Notes: generated by a model from the letters alone, not told the origin. DNA of 41,027 nucleotides from Euryarchaeota archaeon UBA287 (GCA_002495235.1 DAEG01000062.1:1358-42384); one strand, 5' to 3'; counted from the stretch's first letter, positions 1 to 9,210 are shown. Translations and numbers: made by a program.

Positions 1-1
1 G

Positions 2-355
2 TTCGAGGGAAAGGACGAGAAGGGCAACACCGTGCGCATGGTGTCCGGTTCTGGTCCGACCCCCATGAGCCTCCTGCTGATGGCGTTTGGCGGCTGCACC
101 GGGCTGGACGTCGTATCCATACTGGAGAAGATGAGGGTCAGGCTGGATGATCTCGAGATAGACGTCAAGGGCGAGAGATCCGAGGAGCACCCAAAGACAT
201 ACGAGAGCATAGAGCTGGTGTACAGGATAAGGGGTGACGTGGACGAGGAGAAGGCCAGGAGAGCCATAGATCTCTCCATGGACAAGTACTGCTCCGTGGG
301 CGCGATGCTCAAGAATAGCGCTGATGTGACCTACAGGGTAGAGATCCTCCGCTGA
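2..355 (+). CDS. OsmC/Ohr family peroxiredoxin-like protein (5' end cut by window edge)
   Basis: The frame stays open to base 2 (FEGKDEKGNT precedes the listed GTG). The FGGCTGLDV and DKYCSVG segments carry the two Cys typical of OsmC-family proteins. Confidence 0.75.
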   Translation, partial: FEGKDEKGNTVRMVSGSGPTPMSLLLMAFGGCTGLDVVSILEKMRVRLDDLEIDVKGERSEEHPKTYESIELVYRIRGDVDEEKARRAIDLSMDKYCSVGAMLKNSADVTYRVEILR

Positions 356-364
356 TCCTTGCGC

Positions 365-898
365 TCAGCCCTCGAGTTCCACCGAGCCAACGATCCTGCT
401 GATGAACCTGTCCCAGTCAGTGTCATCAAAGGATGAGCGCTCCCTGCGGAACGACAGCATCATAAAGAGATCCTCTCCCGGACGGTCCTCCACCCAGACG
501 ACGTCCGTGATCTCATAGTCCCCGTCCTTTGAGGTCCTCACCATCCTGTAGGTGTCCTTTCCGCCGATCTCAGCTCTGCCCTTCGCTATGATGTCCCAGC
601 TCTCCTCCAGAAGTTCGGACCACTCTTCAACAGATCCCTCAACGTCGGGATTGCGTGTCAAGTCAGCCCTGATCATGATCAGGGGATTTTTAGCCCTGTC
701 GCTCTCGTAAACCTCCATACGCATCTCCCTGGGAGAAGCGTCGGTCATCTCCATAGTCCAGCCCTCCGGCAGATCTATCGAAAAGCCGTATGCGCTCTCG
801 TACTCCTCGAATTCGTCTGGCAGCTCACCGGCCCCGATGCAGCCGGAGGTGACCAGGGCGGTGACCACGGCCAACGCAAGAATGATGGTTCTGTTCAT
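365..898 (-). CDS. hypothetical secreted lipoprotein
   Basis: N-terminal signal with a lipobox-like LVTSGC. The rest is an acidic soluble domain with no recognisable catalytic motif. Confidence 0.55.
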   Translation of the reverse strand: MNRTIILALAVVTALVTSGCIGAGELPDEFEEYESAYGFSIDLPEGWTMEMTDASPREMRMEVYESDRAKNPLIMIRADLTRNPDVEGSVEEWSELLEESWDIIAKGRAEIGGKDTYRMVRTSKDGDYEITDVVWVEDRPGEDLFMMLSFRRERSSFDDTDWDRFISRIVGSVELEG

Positions 899-985
899 GG
901 AATTGGATGAGCTCTGGTCGGATATAAGGATTTCTGGACATGTTCGAGAAAATCATAATAAAACATCATGCGCATATGTGCCTTT

Positions 986-1429
986 ATGAGATCATTGGTA
1001 GCGTTGGTAGCGATCGGGCTTCTTCTCCCCGGCGTCCTCGCGCAGGATGCGGAGATAAAGAACATCAGTCAGGTCGACATCTCGAAAGGCGTGGTCGTTC
1101 TCGATTTCATGGCCACTTGGTGCGGTCCCTGCAGATCCCAGATGGGTGAGCTGAAGAAGGTCAAAGCCCAGTACGGTGACAAGGTGAGGATAATCTCTGT
1201 GGACATGGATGGCAGAGAGACAAAAGACATGCTTGCCAATTACAAGAAAGAGGTTGGGGCTGACTGGGAATTTGTGATAGACGACAACGGGACCTACAAC
1301 ACATACAAGGGCAGATTTCTCTCCGGCATCCCGACACTGGCGATACTGAAGGACGGCGAGAAGGTGTACAGTCACGTAGGGGTGACTTCCAGCACCGATC
1401 TAGCCAGAGAGATAGAGAAGGTCCTGTGA
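986..1429 (+). CDS. secreted thioredoxin-like thiol:disulfide oxidoreductase (TlpA/ResA-like)
   Basis: WCGPC active site and a signal peptide MRSLVALVAIGLLLPGVLAQ. The start is placed at ATG 986 rather than 968 by parallel with the downstream paralog and a TATA-like cataataaaa about 25-30 nt upstream. Confidence 0.75.
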   Translation: MRSLVALVAIGLLLPGVLAQDAEIKNISQVDISKGVVVLDFMATWCGPCRSQMGELKKVKAQYGDKVRIISVDMDGRETKDMLANYKKEVGADWEFVIDDNGTYNTYKGRFLSGIPTLAILKDGEKVYSHVGVTSSTDLAREIEKVL

Positions 1430-1499
1430 AGGATCCTGCTCCCCTCTCCTTTTTTGCGGTTCGGCCGACAGGATCGCCGGCGCCAGATGTGGAAAAGTG

Positions 1500-1506
1500 T
1501 ATTAAA
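1500..1506 (+). promoter_or_regulatory. TATA-box-like element upstream of second thioredoxin-like gene
   Basis: tattaaa lies 21 nt before ATG 1528, a spacing consistent with a leaderless archaeal transcript. Confidence 0.35.
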
Positions 1507-1527
1507 CGATCACCCTCATTCCGAGGT

Positions 1528-1968
1528 ATGAACGCATTACCGGTGTTTCTGGTGGCTCTGGTGATGGTGCTGCCCGGCGTTATCGCTCAGCAGGATGCGG
1601 GGATAATGAGAGTGAGTGAGATTGACCTGTCGGAGGGCGTGGTGCTGTTGGATCTCATGGCCACATGGTGCCCCGACTGCAGGAAGGAGATGGAGCAGCT
1701 CCGGGAGGTTAATGACGCTTATGGGAGTGAGATCATGATCATCTCCGTGGACGTAGACACGAGGGAGAGCGCCGAATTGCTCGCGGGTTACAGGGACGAG
1801 ATCGGGGCAGAGTGGCTCTTTGCGCTCGATGATGCGGGACTTAACGCAGAATACAGGGTCACGTACATTCCCACGCTGGTCCTCCTCAAGGATGGAGAGC
1901 AGGTCAAGAGGTACGTGGGCAATCCCTCTGCAGATACGCTGATGCGTGACATAGGAATGGTTCTCTGA
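1528..1968 (+). CDS. secreted thioredoxin-like thiol:disulfide oxidoreductase, tandem paralog
   Basis: WCPDC active site and a signal peptide MNALPVFLVALVMVLPGVIAQ. ATG 1528 lies 21 nt downstream of TATA-like tattaaa (1500-1506). The listed 1426 start is a GTG overlapping the previous stop and adds a non-signal extension. Confidence 0.75.
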   Translation: MNALPVFLVALVMVLPGVIAQQDAGIMRVSEIDLSEGVVLLDLMATWCPDCRKEMEQLREVNDAYGSEIMIISVDVDTRESAELLAGYRDEIGAEWLFALDDAGLNAEYRVTYIPTLVLLKDGEQVKRYVGNPSADTLMRDIGMVL

Positions 1969-2627
1969 TGGATCCTGCCCTTGCCGTAAGTGCCATGTTT
2001 GCTGGGGTCCTGACCTTTTTCTCCCCGTGCAGTTTCCCCATGCTCCCCGCCTACCTCGCATTTTATCTCGGTCTGGACGAGGAAGCGAGCGGAAAGGCGT
2101 GGAAGAGAGGGGTCATCAACGGACTCATATCCGCTCTGGCCTTTCTTATCATATTCTCGGCCTTTGGCATAATAACCTCTATTTTCGCATCCTACATAAA
2201 CCCGTACATGAGGTACATGGAGCCGGTTGTGGGCGTTGTTCTGATAGTTCTCGGCGTGCTGTTCATCCTCGGGAGGGGCTTTTCATTCCACGTCAACATA
2301 AAGAACCCCAAGGGCGGCATATTCTCTTTCTCAGCTCTGTACGCTCTGGCCTCGATAGGATGCACCCTGCCCGTCTTCATATCCATACTGCTGTTCGCTC
2401 TATCCGAGGGTGGATTTTACGGCGCATTGTTGGCCTTCCTGTTCTACGCCCTGGGCATGAGCGCCATGATGATCCTGATAAATCTCCTGCTGGCATTCGC
2501 AAAGCAGGGGGCTGTAAACGCGGTGCGCAGGAACATGGGTTTGATAAGGGTGCTCAGCGCAGCGCTGATGATCGGCATAGGGGTCTATCTCGTATACTAC
2601 TACTTTGACGTCTGGGTGCTCGCGTAG
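1968..2627 (+). CDS. ccdA: CcdA/DsbD-family transmembrane thiol:disulfide electron transporter
   Basis: Polytopic membrane protein with FFSPCSFPMLPAYL (first conserved Cys/Pro motif) and a second Cys in ASIGCTLPV. ATGA overlap with the upstream thioredoxin-like gene. Confidence 0.8.
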   Translation: MDPALAVSAMFAGVLTFFSPCSFPMLPAYLAFYLGLDEEASGKAWKRGVINGLISALAFLIIFSAFGIITSIFASYINPYMRYMEPVVGVVLIVLGVLFILGRGFSFHVNIKNPKGGIFSFSALYALASIGCTLPVFISILLFALSEGGFYGALLAFLFYALGMSAMMILINLLLAFAKQGAVNAVRRNMGLIRVLSAALMIGIGVYLVYYYFDVWVLA

Positions 2628-3388
2628 GCCACACGGTTCCTGAGCGTCCCTATGCCCTCGATCCTCGCCTCCATGAGGTCTCCGTCCCTCAGGAACTCAG
2701 GAGGATCCCTGAAGGCCCCTACCCCGGCGGGAGTGCCGGTGGCTATGACGTCACCGGGCAGCAGCGTCATGGTCTGGGTTATGTGCTCGATGATAGACGG
2801 TATGTCAAATATCATCTCGCTGGTGTTAGCCCTCTGCTTAACCTCACCGTTCACTCTCATCTCTATCTCCAGGTCCATGGGATCCTCTACGTCATCCACG
2901 ATCCACGGGCCCATCGGGCAGAAGGTATCGCAGCTCTTCCCCCTGAACCACTGCCTGTCGCCGAACTGGAGGTCCCTGGCGCTCACGTCGTTCAGCACGG
3001 TGTATCCCAGAATGTACTCGTATGCGCTTCTCTCCGGGACGTTCCTCGCTCTTTTACCCATGACCAGGGCGAGCTCAGCTTCATAGTCAAGGTCCCTGAC
3101 GATGTCGGGTTTTATCACAGGATCCCCATCGCCCACCACAGAGCTCACGGCCTTTGAGAACAGTATGGGCCTCTCCGGCCTTTTCGTCCTGTTCTCCTCG
3201 ACATGGCTGCCGTAGTTGAGCCCGAGGCAGATTATCTTTGTCCCGAAAAATGGGGCTGATAGCTCACACCCATCAAAGGTCTTTCTCGTCTCCTCTGCAG
3301 ACAGAGGTCCCTCAGTCTCTATCACCGTTCCGCTCTTGAGTATGCCCCAGTGCTCATGGCCCTCCGCTACGAATCTCGCCAGTTTCAA
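2600..3388 (-). CDS. fumarylacetoacetate hydrolase (FAH) family protein
   Basis: LDYEAELALVMG, GYTVLNDVSARD, GKSCDTFCPMGPW and PGDVIATGTPAGVG motifs. The TTG at 3388 gives an MKLARF-type N-terminus and a TTGA overlap with the upstream stop. GTG 3415 is the alternative start. Confidence 0.8.
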   Translation of the reverse strand: MKLARFVAEGHEHWGILKSGTVIETEGPLSAEETRKTFDGCELSAPFFGTKIICLGLNYGSHVEENRTKRPERPILFSKAVSSVVGDGDPVIKPDIVRDLDYEAELALVMGKRARNVPERSAYEYILGYTVLNDVSARDLQFGDRQWFRGKSCDTFCPMGPWIVDDVEDPMDLEIEMRVNGEVKQRANTSEMIFDIPSIIEHITQTMTLLPGDVIATGTPAGVGAFRDPPEFLRDGDLMEARIEGIGTLRNRVAYASTQTSK

Positions 3389-5052
3389 GGTGCACCGCTC
3401 GTTCTCGCTATGCACTCGGCGAACTTGTAGTCCATCAGCGGCTGTGTTGATTCCTCTTCCTCATGGCTCTCACCACTCTCCAGGTAGGCTAGCGCGAGCA
3501 CGGGATTTATGCCAGAACTCTGAGCCCGGGCTATGGCGCTCCTCGCGTTCTCCCGAGCCACCGCTATGCTTTCACCATCCATGCCCCTGGCACCCAGCTC
3601 TATGACAAGCTCGGATAAGGCCAGTGCTTTTGAGGCGAGCACGACGGCTCCGGCGGTGTAGCTGTCATTCACGGCGCTCTTGGCCCTGACGAGCTCATCA
3701 TTGGCCTGAGCGAGCACGGATAGGAGCTCCGTCGGTGTGGAGAACTGAGCGTACATGAGGGTCTCTTCCGCCGCGTTCGTGGTTGAGAGGGCCAGCGACG
3801 TTACGTAATCCTCGCTAAACTCTTCACTCGCCTTTGTCGATTTTGCCATGTCGAACCACCACTCGGCGCTTTTTGCCCTCTCTGCGGCGTAGGAGAGGGT
3901 GAACATTCCGTCCGCCACGTTGCCGTTCTCTGTGAGGTTGTAGCCCATCTCGAAGTTCTCCTTTGCCTCTATGATCTTCTCCTCCGCGGCTCCGAAGCAC
4001 TGCAGATACGCCATGTTATAGTTCTTGGTCTCGTTCTTTATCCTGCTATCCACCCTCTCGATCTCATCCCCTATCTCTTTGAGGCCTCTCTGCGGGTCTG
4101 TGCGGTATTTCTCATAGTTTGACACATAGCTGGAGTATATTATCGATTCGAAGAATGAGGACGCGGCAGAATAATACTTCCCCCGGGACATGAAGTTCTG
4201 ACCGTTTACGATCCTGTTGCGCGACTCTTCAAGGTATCCCTCTGTCGATGAGCTGTTGGCCCTCTGAGCGCTGGCGTAGCCGCCCTTTGCCTCAGCCTCC
4301 AGCTCTCTTGCGTGCGTTTCCATGAGCTGTTGGTACTCTGAGTCGTCTATCGTCCCTGCGCTCTGTCGTTCTATCCTCTCGCCGGTGAACTCTCTCACCG
4401 CCTCTCTCACGTCAGAGATCTCCTTCACCACCACGCCCAGCTCCTTTCCGTAATCTATCAGGTTCATCTCCGCAGGTTTTTGACTTGTTATGACAATGGG
4501 GCCTATCTGTCTTGCGCTTGTTTCCATGTAGGAGTAGTTGGCCTGGCCCTTAGGCAGGAGAAAGACCTTTGCCCCCCCCTCCTTGGCAGCCTCCATCTTC
4601 TGAGGTATGCCGCTCACAGGCCCTATGCTGCCGTCAGGGCTTATGGTCCCGGTCATCATGACATCCTTTCTCAGCTTCAGACCATTCAGCGCGGAGACCA
4701 TGGCCACGGTCATGGCACCGCCAGCCGATGTACCGCCTATCATCTGTGCTTCTCCGCGCACGACCACGAAGAAATCGTAGCTGTTCAGGCTCTTGTTGGC
4801 CACCGAGCAGGCGACGCTCGCGGCCATGCGGGCGCTGCTCTGCATGTCTATCTCGGTCAGGGGAAAAGTGTCCACGAACACGTGCCCGCTTCCGGGCTCC
4901 ACTCTCACGCGCATGGTTGAGAGAGAACCCACCATTCCTTCATCTGTCTGGGCAACAGCCGGCGCATAGACCTCGGCCCATTCCTGATCCTTCAGGGCTA
5001 AAGCCGGCATAGCTAGCGCCAACACTATCAGCGCAACCATGATCTTTCTCAT
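3385..5052 (-). CDS. secreted S16 (Lon C-terminal proteolytic domain) peptidase with long helical C-terminal region
   Basis: GGTSAGGAMTVAMVSAL (catalytic Ser motif) and GTISPDGSIGPVSGIPQKMEAAKEGG (catalytic Lys region). Signal/TM segment MRKIMVALIVLALAMPALA and no AAA+ domain. The start is uncertain (5052, 5070 or 5163). A TATA-like gttataca about 26-35 nt upstream favours 5052. Confidence 0.7.
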   Translation of the reverse strand: MRKIMVALIVLALAMPALALKDQEWAEVYAPAVAQTDEGMVGSLSTMRVRVEPGSGHVFVDTFPLTEIDMQSSARMAASVACSVANKSLNSYDFFVVVRGEAQMIGGTSAGGAMTVAMVSALNGLKLRKDVMMTGTISPDGSIGPVSGIPQKMEAAKEGGAKVFLLPKGQANYSYMETSARQIGPIVITSQKPAEMNLIDYGKELGVVVKEISDVREAVREFTGERIERQSAGTIDDSEYQQLMETHARELEAEAKGGYASAQRANSSSTEGYLEESRNRIVNGQNFMSRGKYYSAASSFFESIIYSSYVSNYEKYRTDPQRGLKEIGDEIERVDSRIKNETKNYNMAYLQCFGAAEEKIIEAKENFEMGYNLTENGNVADGMFTLSYAAERAKSAEWWFDMAKSTKASEEFSEDYVTSLALSTTNAAEETLMYAQFSTPTELLSVLAQANDELVRAKSAVNDSYTAGAVVLASKALALSELVIELGARGMDGESIAVARENARSAIARAQSSGINPVLALAYLESGESHEEEESTQPLMDYKFAECIARTSGAP

Positions 5053-5197
5053 AGAGGTGATAAAGGACATCGGTGTATAACTTTTTTTCCAATGCTCTGG
5101 AATGTGTCTTCGGGCGGGAGCCTGACATAGCCGACGCAGGATGTGATCGCGGTATCCTGACAATGTTCATCACGCTGGTTATCATGTACAGAAAAGG

Positions 5198-5206
5198 TAT
5201 TTATAG
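5198..5206 (+). promoter_or_regulatory. TATA-box-like element upstream of caspase-like peptidase gene
   Basis: tatttatag lies 23 nt before ATG 5230, in the divergent intergenic region shared with the S16 peptidase gene. Confidence 0.35.
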
Positions 5207-5229
5207 ATAAAGCGGGGACAGTTAATAAC

Positions 5230-6081
5230 ATGATGAAAAAAAGCCTTGCCTTTTTATTAGTGGCACTGCTCATCGTTCCCGTGGTCCCAATAGGAAGAGC
5301 GCAACAGCAGGAGTACAGGGCTGTTGTTGTTGGGATAGAGAACTATGAAGAGATAAATGCGTGCTCATGGGCTGATGATGATGCAAGGGCCATGGGTGAG
5401 GTCCTCTCTCCAAAGTGGGATGCGGTCAGGGTCCTGATAGACAGGGATGCGACCAGGGCGGGCATATCCGGTGCCGTGGACTGGCTTGCCTCTGAGGCTG
5501 GAGATGAGGACGTGAGCATGTTCTACTTTGCCGGGCATGGGACTAATGATGGGCAGGACACGTACATCTGCTGCTATGATGCCACGTTCGAGGGCGGCTC
5601 CGGGAAGATAGGCGATCACGAGCTTGCGGAGATGCTCGGGAGCGTGAAGGGGCAGAAGATCGTCATTCTTGACTCGTGCTATTCGGGTGGCTTTATTTAC
5701 AAAGAGTCCGCATCTATCAGGGGTCTGCCCGAATTTGTTCCCAGAGTCATGGCCGGAACGCCCGAAGTGGAGCTTGACAGCGGTCTTGCCGAGAAGCTCA
5801 GCGATCTCGCCATCGACAACTATGAGGTCATGACAGCGTGCGCCGTGGATGAGACCGCTCTCGGATCCCGCGCTCTTAAGCACGGGGTCTTCACTCACTT
5901 TCTGCTGGAGGGGATGAGCAACGCCGATCTGGTGGCGGATGGGGCTGTGACCACAAGGGAGGCCTTTGACTACGCGGATCCCCGGACGGTGGAATTCACC
6001 CAGAACAAAAACCACGACGAGCACCCGCAGTGGTGGGACGGCGTTTACGGCATGGACATCAGTATGGTGATGCTCTTATGA
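5230..6081 (+). CDS. secreted caspase-like peptidase (C14 family fold)
   Basis: Signal peptide. FYFAGHGT (catalytic His) and IVILDSCYSGGF (catalytic Cys) in canonical order and spacing. Confidence 0.75.
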   Translation: MMKKSLAFLLVALLIVPVVPIGRAQQQEYRAVVVGIENYEEINACSWADDDARAMGEVLSPKWDAVRVLIDRDATRAGISGAVDWLASEAGDEDVSMFYFAGHGTNDGQDTYICCYDATFEGGSGKIGDHELAEMLGSVKGQKIVILDSCYSGGFIYKESASIRGLPEFVPRVMAGTPEVELDSGLAEKLSDLAIDNYEVMTACAVDETALGSRALKHGVFTHFLLEGMSNADLVADGAVTTREAFDYADPRTVEFTQNKNHDEHPQWWDGVYGMDISMVMLL

Positions 6082-6371
6082 GCGGTAAAATTGCTGCCCT
6101 GCTGGTGGTTCTTGTGATCCTGGCAGGGTGCGCTGAAAAGACGGTCGGCGCGGATGAGGCGATAGAGATCAGCCGCGAGACAGACGAGGTGAAGGCTCTT
6201 CTGGAGTTCGATCCCGATGCACGCGCAGAGGTGAAAGAGGGGGAATACGACGGTGCGAAATGCTGGGAGGTCAGCTGGTATACCAAAAAATCGGTCAATC
6301 CGGATGAACCCGCCGTTTCAGTCTTCGTGGCCAAGGATGGGATCGTTCTTGATGTGCTGGGCATAAGATAG
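6078..6371 (+). CDS. small lipoprotein, possibly PepSY-like
   Basis: ATG 6078 forms an ATGA overlap with the caspase-like gene stop. Lipobox VILAGC. The C-terminal CWEVSWY...VFVAKDGIVLDVLG resembles a PepSY-type beta-hairpin pattern, which is weak evidence. Confidence 0.45.
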   Translation: MSGKIAALLVVLVILAGCAEKTVGADEAIEISRETDEVKALLEFDPDARAEVKEGEYDGAKCWEVSWYTKKSVNPDEPAVSVFVAKDGIVLDVLGIR

Positions 6372-6432
6372 CTCTGTCCCAGCGCCGTCTTCACGCAGCA
6401 AATTATTTATACGGCCATGCGGTATAGAACAT

Positions 6433-6873
6433 ATGGAAAAAAAGATAGCATCTCTGGCCTTCTTTATGTCGGCCGCGATCCTTCTTGCGCCGCTTCAGAC
6501 GGAGGGTGGGATGTGCGGCGGCATACTCGGCAGGATCTCTGAGCTTATACGCCCCGGGGAGGCGGATATGAAAGCAAATGAAACGATAAGTGTGAAGATG
6601 AATGAGCAGTTCACCGTGGAGTTGGAGCAGGCCCTCAATCCGAGCTATGAATGGAGATGCACCAGGTACGATGAGGGATACGTCGAGCTGGTCGATGAAG
6701 GGTTCAAAGCGTCATCAGATCCAGATCGCCTCGGTGTGACGGTGAAGTACTTCAGGTTCAGAGCGCTCAAGAGAGGAACCACGGAGCTGAATTTTGCATA
6801 CGGCAGCATAGACGCCAGCGGGGGTCTGAGCGGGATAACCAGAGAGAGGAGCTATGCCGTAAAGATCAGCTGA
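6433..6873 (+). CDS. chagasin-like (I42 family) cysteine-peptidase inhibitor candidate
   Basis: Signal sequence. NPSYEW resembles the I42 NPTTGYxW loop, and the later YFRFRALKRGTTELNFAY resembles the I42 F-x-F-x-A...G...L...Y segment. Confidence 0.5.
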   Translation: MEKKIASLAFFMSAAILLAPLQTEGGMCGGILGRISELIRPGEADMKANETISVKMNEQFTVELEQALNPSYEWRCTRYDEGYVELVDEGFKASSDPDRLGVTVKYFRFRALKRGTTELNFAYGSIDASGGLSGITRERSYAVKIS

Positions 6874-7567
6874 TAGCCTCTATGATTGACCTCAGGGCGT
6901 CATACAGGCCCTCGATGGGCGTCTGCTCCACCAGTGTGCCTGTCACTATGTAGTCGCATCCGGCCAGGGAGAGGGCCCTGGCCTGTTCTCCCGTTCTTAT
7001 GCCGCCGCCGACTATGAGGGGTATGTCCAGTTCTCCCTTGACTTTTCTTACCGTGTCACTATCCACGGGCCTCTCCGCCCCGGATCCCTTCTCTACGTAC
7101 ACGGCCTTCATGCCGAAGAACTGGGCTGCAAGCGCGTAACCCAGGATCCTCCCGGAGTCGCGCTCATCTATGAACTCCGCCCTCCCGACCTCCGCGACCT
7201 TTTCGCCCCTTCCGACCACTATATAACCCAGAGGGATCACCTGCAGCCTTGATCTCTTTATCAGCAGTGCTCCTTTAGCCTGTTCCTCTATGAGGTATCT
7301 CCTGTCCTTCGAGTTGAGCAGCGACATGAAGAATATGCCGTCAGCGTGCAGGGATATCATGGCGCTGGAGGAGGGGAACAGTATCGTCTTAAGCCCGCTC
7401 CTCTTTTTGATCTCCAGTATAGTCCTGTCGATAATGTCCTGCCCCGGGTTTGTAGAGCCGCCGACGAGAATGGCCCTGCTCCCCGCCCTCTCGGCTATCC
7501 CGGCTATCATGCCCGCCTTTTCCGGTTCCTGTTTCTCCGGGTCTATCAGCGTGAGATGCTCTGTCAT
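6866..7567 (-). CDS. geranylgeranylglyceryl phosphate synthase (PcrB/GGGPS family)
   Basis: RAILVGGST and PLIVGGGIRTGEQA...IVTGT motifs. ATG 7567 forms an ATGA overlap with the upstream UbiA-type gene. The longer 7723 start adds a non-homologous extension. Confidence 0.8.
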   Translation of the reverse strand: MTEHLTLIDPEKQEPEKAGMIAGIAERAGSRAILVGGSTNPGQDIIDRTILEIKKRSGLKTILFPSSSAMISLHADGIFFMSLLNSKDRRYLIEEQAKGALLIKRSRLQVIPLGYIVVGRGEKVAEVGRAEFIDERDSGRILGYALAAQFFGMKAVYVEKGSGAERPVDSDTVRKVKGELDIPLIVGGGIRTGEQARALSLAGCDYIVTGTLVEQTPIEGLYDALRSIIEAIS

Positions 7568-8361
7568 ATCGCTCCTCCTATGAAAGATATGAGTGCAACC
7601 AGCATGGAGTACCTCATGGTGGATGAAGCTCTCTCTCCCTTCAATAGCTTTACCGCAGAATAGATGAACAGCGCGTCCGCGATCATGACCAGCGCCATAT
7701 AGACGCCGGACAGGATGCCGCACAGGTAGGGTAGCGGGCTCAAGGCTATGGCCAGGGTCACGAACGCTGCAGACAGCGATCTGGCCATACGGGGGTTTAT
7801 GAGAGCTATCGTCCTCCTTTTTCCTCTGTCACCCTCCGCGTCCTCTATTCCCTTAGCTATCTCCCTGCCGAAGGTAGCAAAGAAAGCAAGGAGAAAGAGC
7901 GGAAGAGCGCCTCTGGCCCGTCCCGCGATGGCGCCGCCGAAGAGGAATATGGAGCCCACAAGGTAGCTTATGATCATGTTCCCTGCCGGGTTCTTCTTTG
8001 CGACGGTCTCGTAGGCTACCATCAGAGATACATTTATCAGGACTATGATGAAGACGGAGACGCCGAGAGGCAGTGATGCAAGAACGGCGAGCAGGAACAG
8101 CGCTGTTGACAGGTACAGCGCTCTTTGCCTCCCTATTCGCCCGGAGGGGAGTGGTCTGTCAGGGTGGGCTATCCCGTCTATCTCCACGTCCGTATAGTCA
8201 TTCAGCACGTTTCCTGCGGCCATGGCCAGAGAGGCGGTGACAGCGCCGAGGACATAGCCGTCTATCGGGCCTCCTCCGGAGATGAACACCGCTGCCAGAG
8301 TTCCAAGAGCGCCCATCGCGCAGTTGAGAGGTCTTATCAGCTTCAGGTAATCGAGCAGCAC
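7564..8361 (-). CDS. UbiA-family prenyltransferase, digeranylgeranylglyceryl phosphate synthase-like
   Basis: Polytopic membrane protein with NDYTDVEIDGIAHPDRPLPSGRI (Asp-rich motif 1) and a second acidic motif region (GIEDAEGD). Confidence 0.8.
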   Translation of the reverse strand: MLLDYLKLIRPLNCAMGALGTLAAVFISGGGPIDGYVLGAVTASLAMAAGNVLNDYTDVEIDGIAHPDRPLPSGRIGRQRALYLSTALFLLAVLASLPLGVSVFIIVLINVSLMVAYETVAKKNPAGNMIISYLVGSIFLFGGAIAGRARGALPLFLLAFFATFGREIAKGIEDAEGDRGKRRTIALINPRMARSLSAAFVTLAIALSPLPYLCGILSGVYMALVMIADALFIYSAVKLLKGERASSTMRYSMLVALISFIGGAI

Positions 8362-8382
8362 ATGTCATCAGCGGCATACGCA

Positions 8383-9210
8383 TTAAAAAGTCTGTCGTAG
8401 CGATTTAAGAGTGTCAAGGTTCCTCTTAAAGTCCTCTTCGTCACCCTGTGTCTCGAGTATCCCGGGGATCTCTGAGAACCTCGGATCATTCACGAATCTC
8501 CTGAAGGTCTCTGTACCGAGCGCTCCTTTGCCTATGTCTTCATGTCTGTCAAGGTGGCTCCCCAGCGTGCCTCTCGAATCATTCAGATGAAAAACGCTCA
8601 TATTCTCAATACCGACGGTTCTGTCAAACTCCTCCATGACCGCATCGTAGTTACCCCTGATGTCATAGCCCGATGCATAGGCATGGCACGTGTCAAAGCA
8701 CACAGCGACCCTCTTTTTTTCCGTGCGCTCCATTATGCCGGAGATCTGCTCGAATCTTCGTCCGATGTAGCTCCCCTGCCCCGCTGTTGTCTCCAGGACT
8801 ACTGTCGCTCTCGTCCCGTCCAGCGTCCTCCTGATGCCCTCGGCTATCCTCTCAACACCCTCGCGCTCGTCCTTGTTGGATCCGGGGTGTATCACCAGGT
8901 GCTTTATGCCCAGAGCATCGCACCTCTGCGCCTCGTGCACGAAGGACTCGACAGACTTATTCCACAGATCATCGTTTGGGCTTCCGAGATTTATCAGGTA
9001 GGAGGCATGAGCCACGGCTTCTTTCAGTCCGGTCCTTTTCATGCCTTCCGCGAAACCGTTCGCCTCCTCCGCGCCGATGTCCCTAGCCTTCCACTGCCTC
9101 TGGTTTTTGGTGAATATCTGTATCGCCTCGCAGCCCACAGCCATGCCTCTGTCCGGGGCCAGAGCGATCGACTTTGCTATTGACACATGGGCTCCCAGGT
9201 GCATGCTCAC
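8383..9210 (-). CDS. nfo: endonuclease IV (AP endonuclease, TIM-barrel Nfo family)
   Basis: LGAHVSIA, IQIFTKNQRQW, HASYLINL, LVIHPGS, VCFDTCHAYASGYD and HLNDS motifs. GTGA overlap with the upstream gene stop. Confidence 0.85.
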   Translation of the reverse strand: MSMHLGAHVSIAKSIALAPDRGMAVGCEAIQIFTKNQRQWKARDIGAEEANGFAEGMKRTGLKEAVAHASYLINLGSPNDDLWNKSVESFVHEAQRCDALGIKHLVIHPGSNKDEREGVERIAEGIRRTLDGTRATVVLETTAGQGSYIGRRFEQISGIMERTEKKRVAVCFDTCHAYASGYDIRGNYDAVMEEFDRTVGIENMSVFHLNDSRGTLGSHLDRHEDIGKGALGTETFRRFVNDPRFSEIPGILETQGDEEDFKRNLDTLKSLRQTF

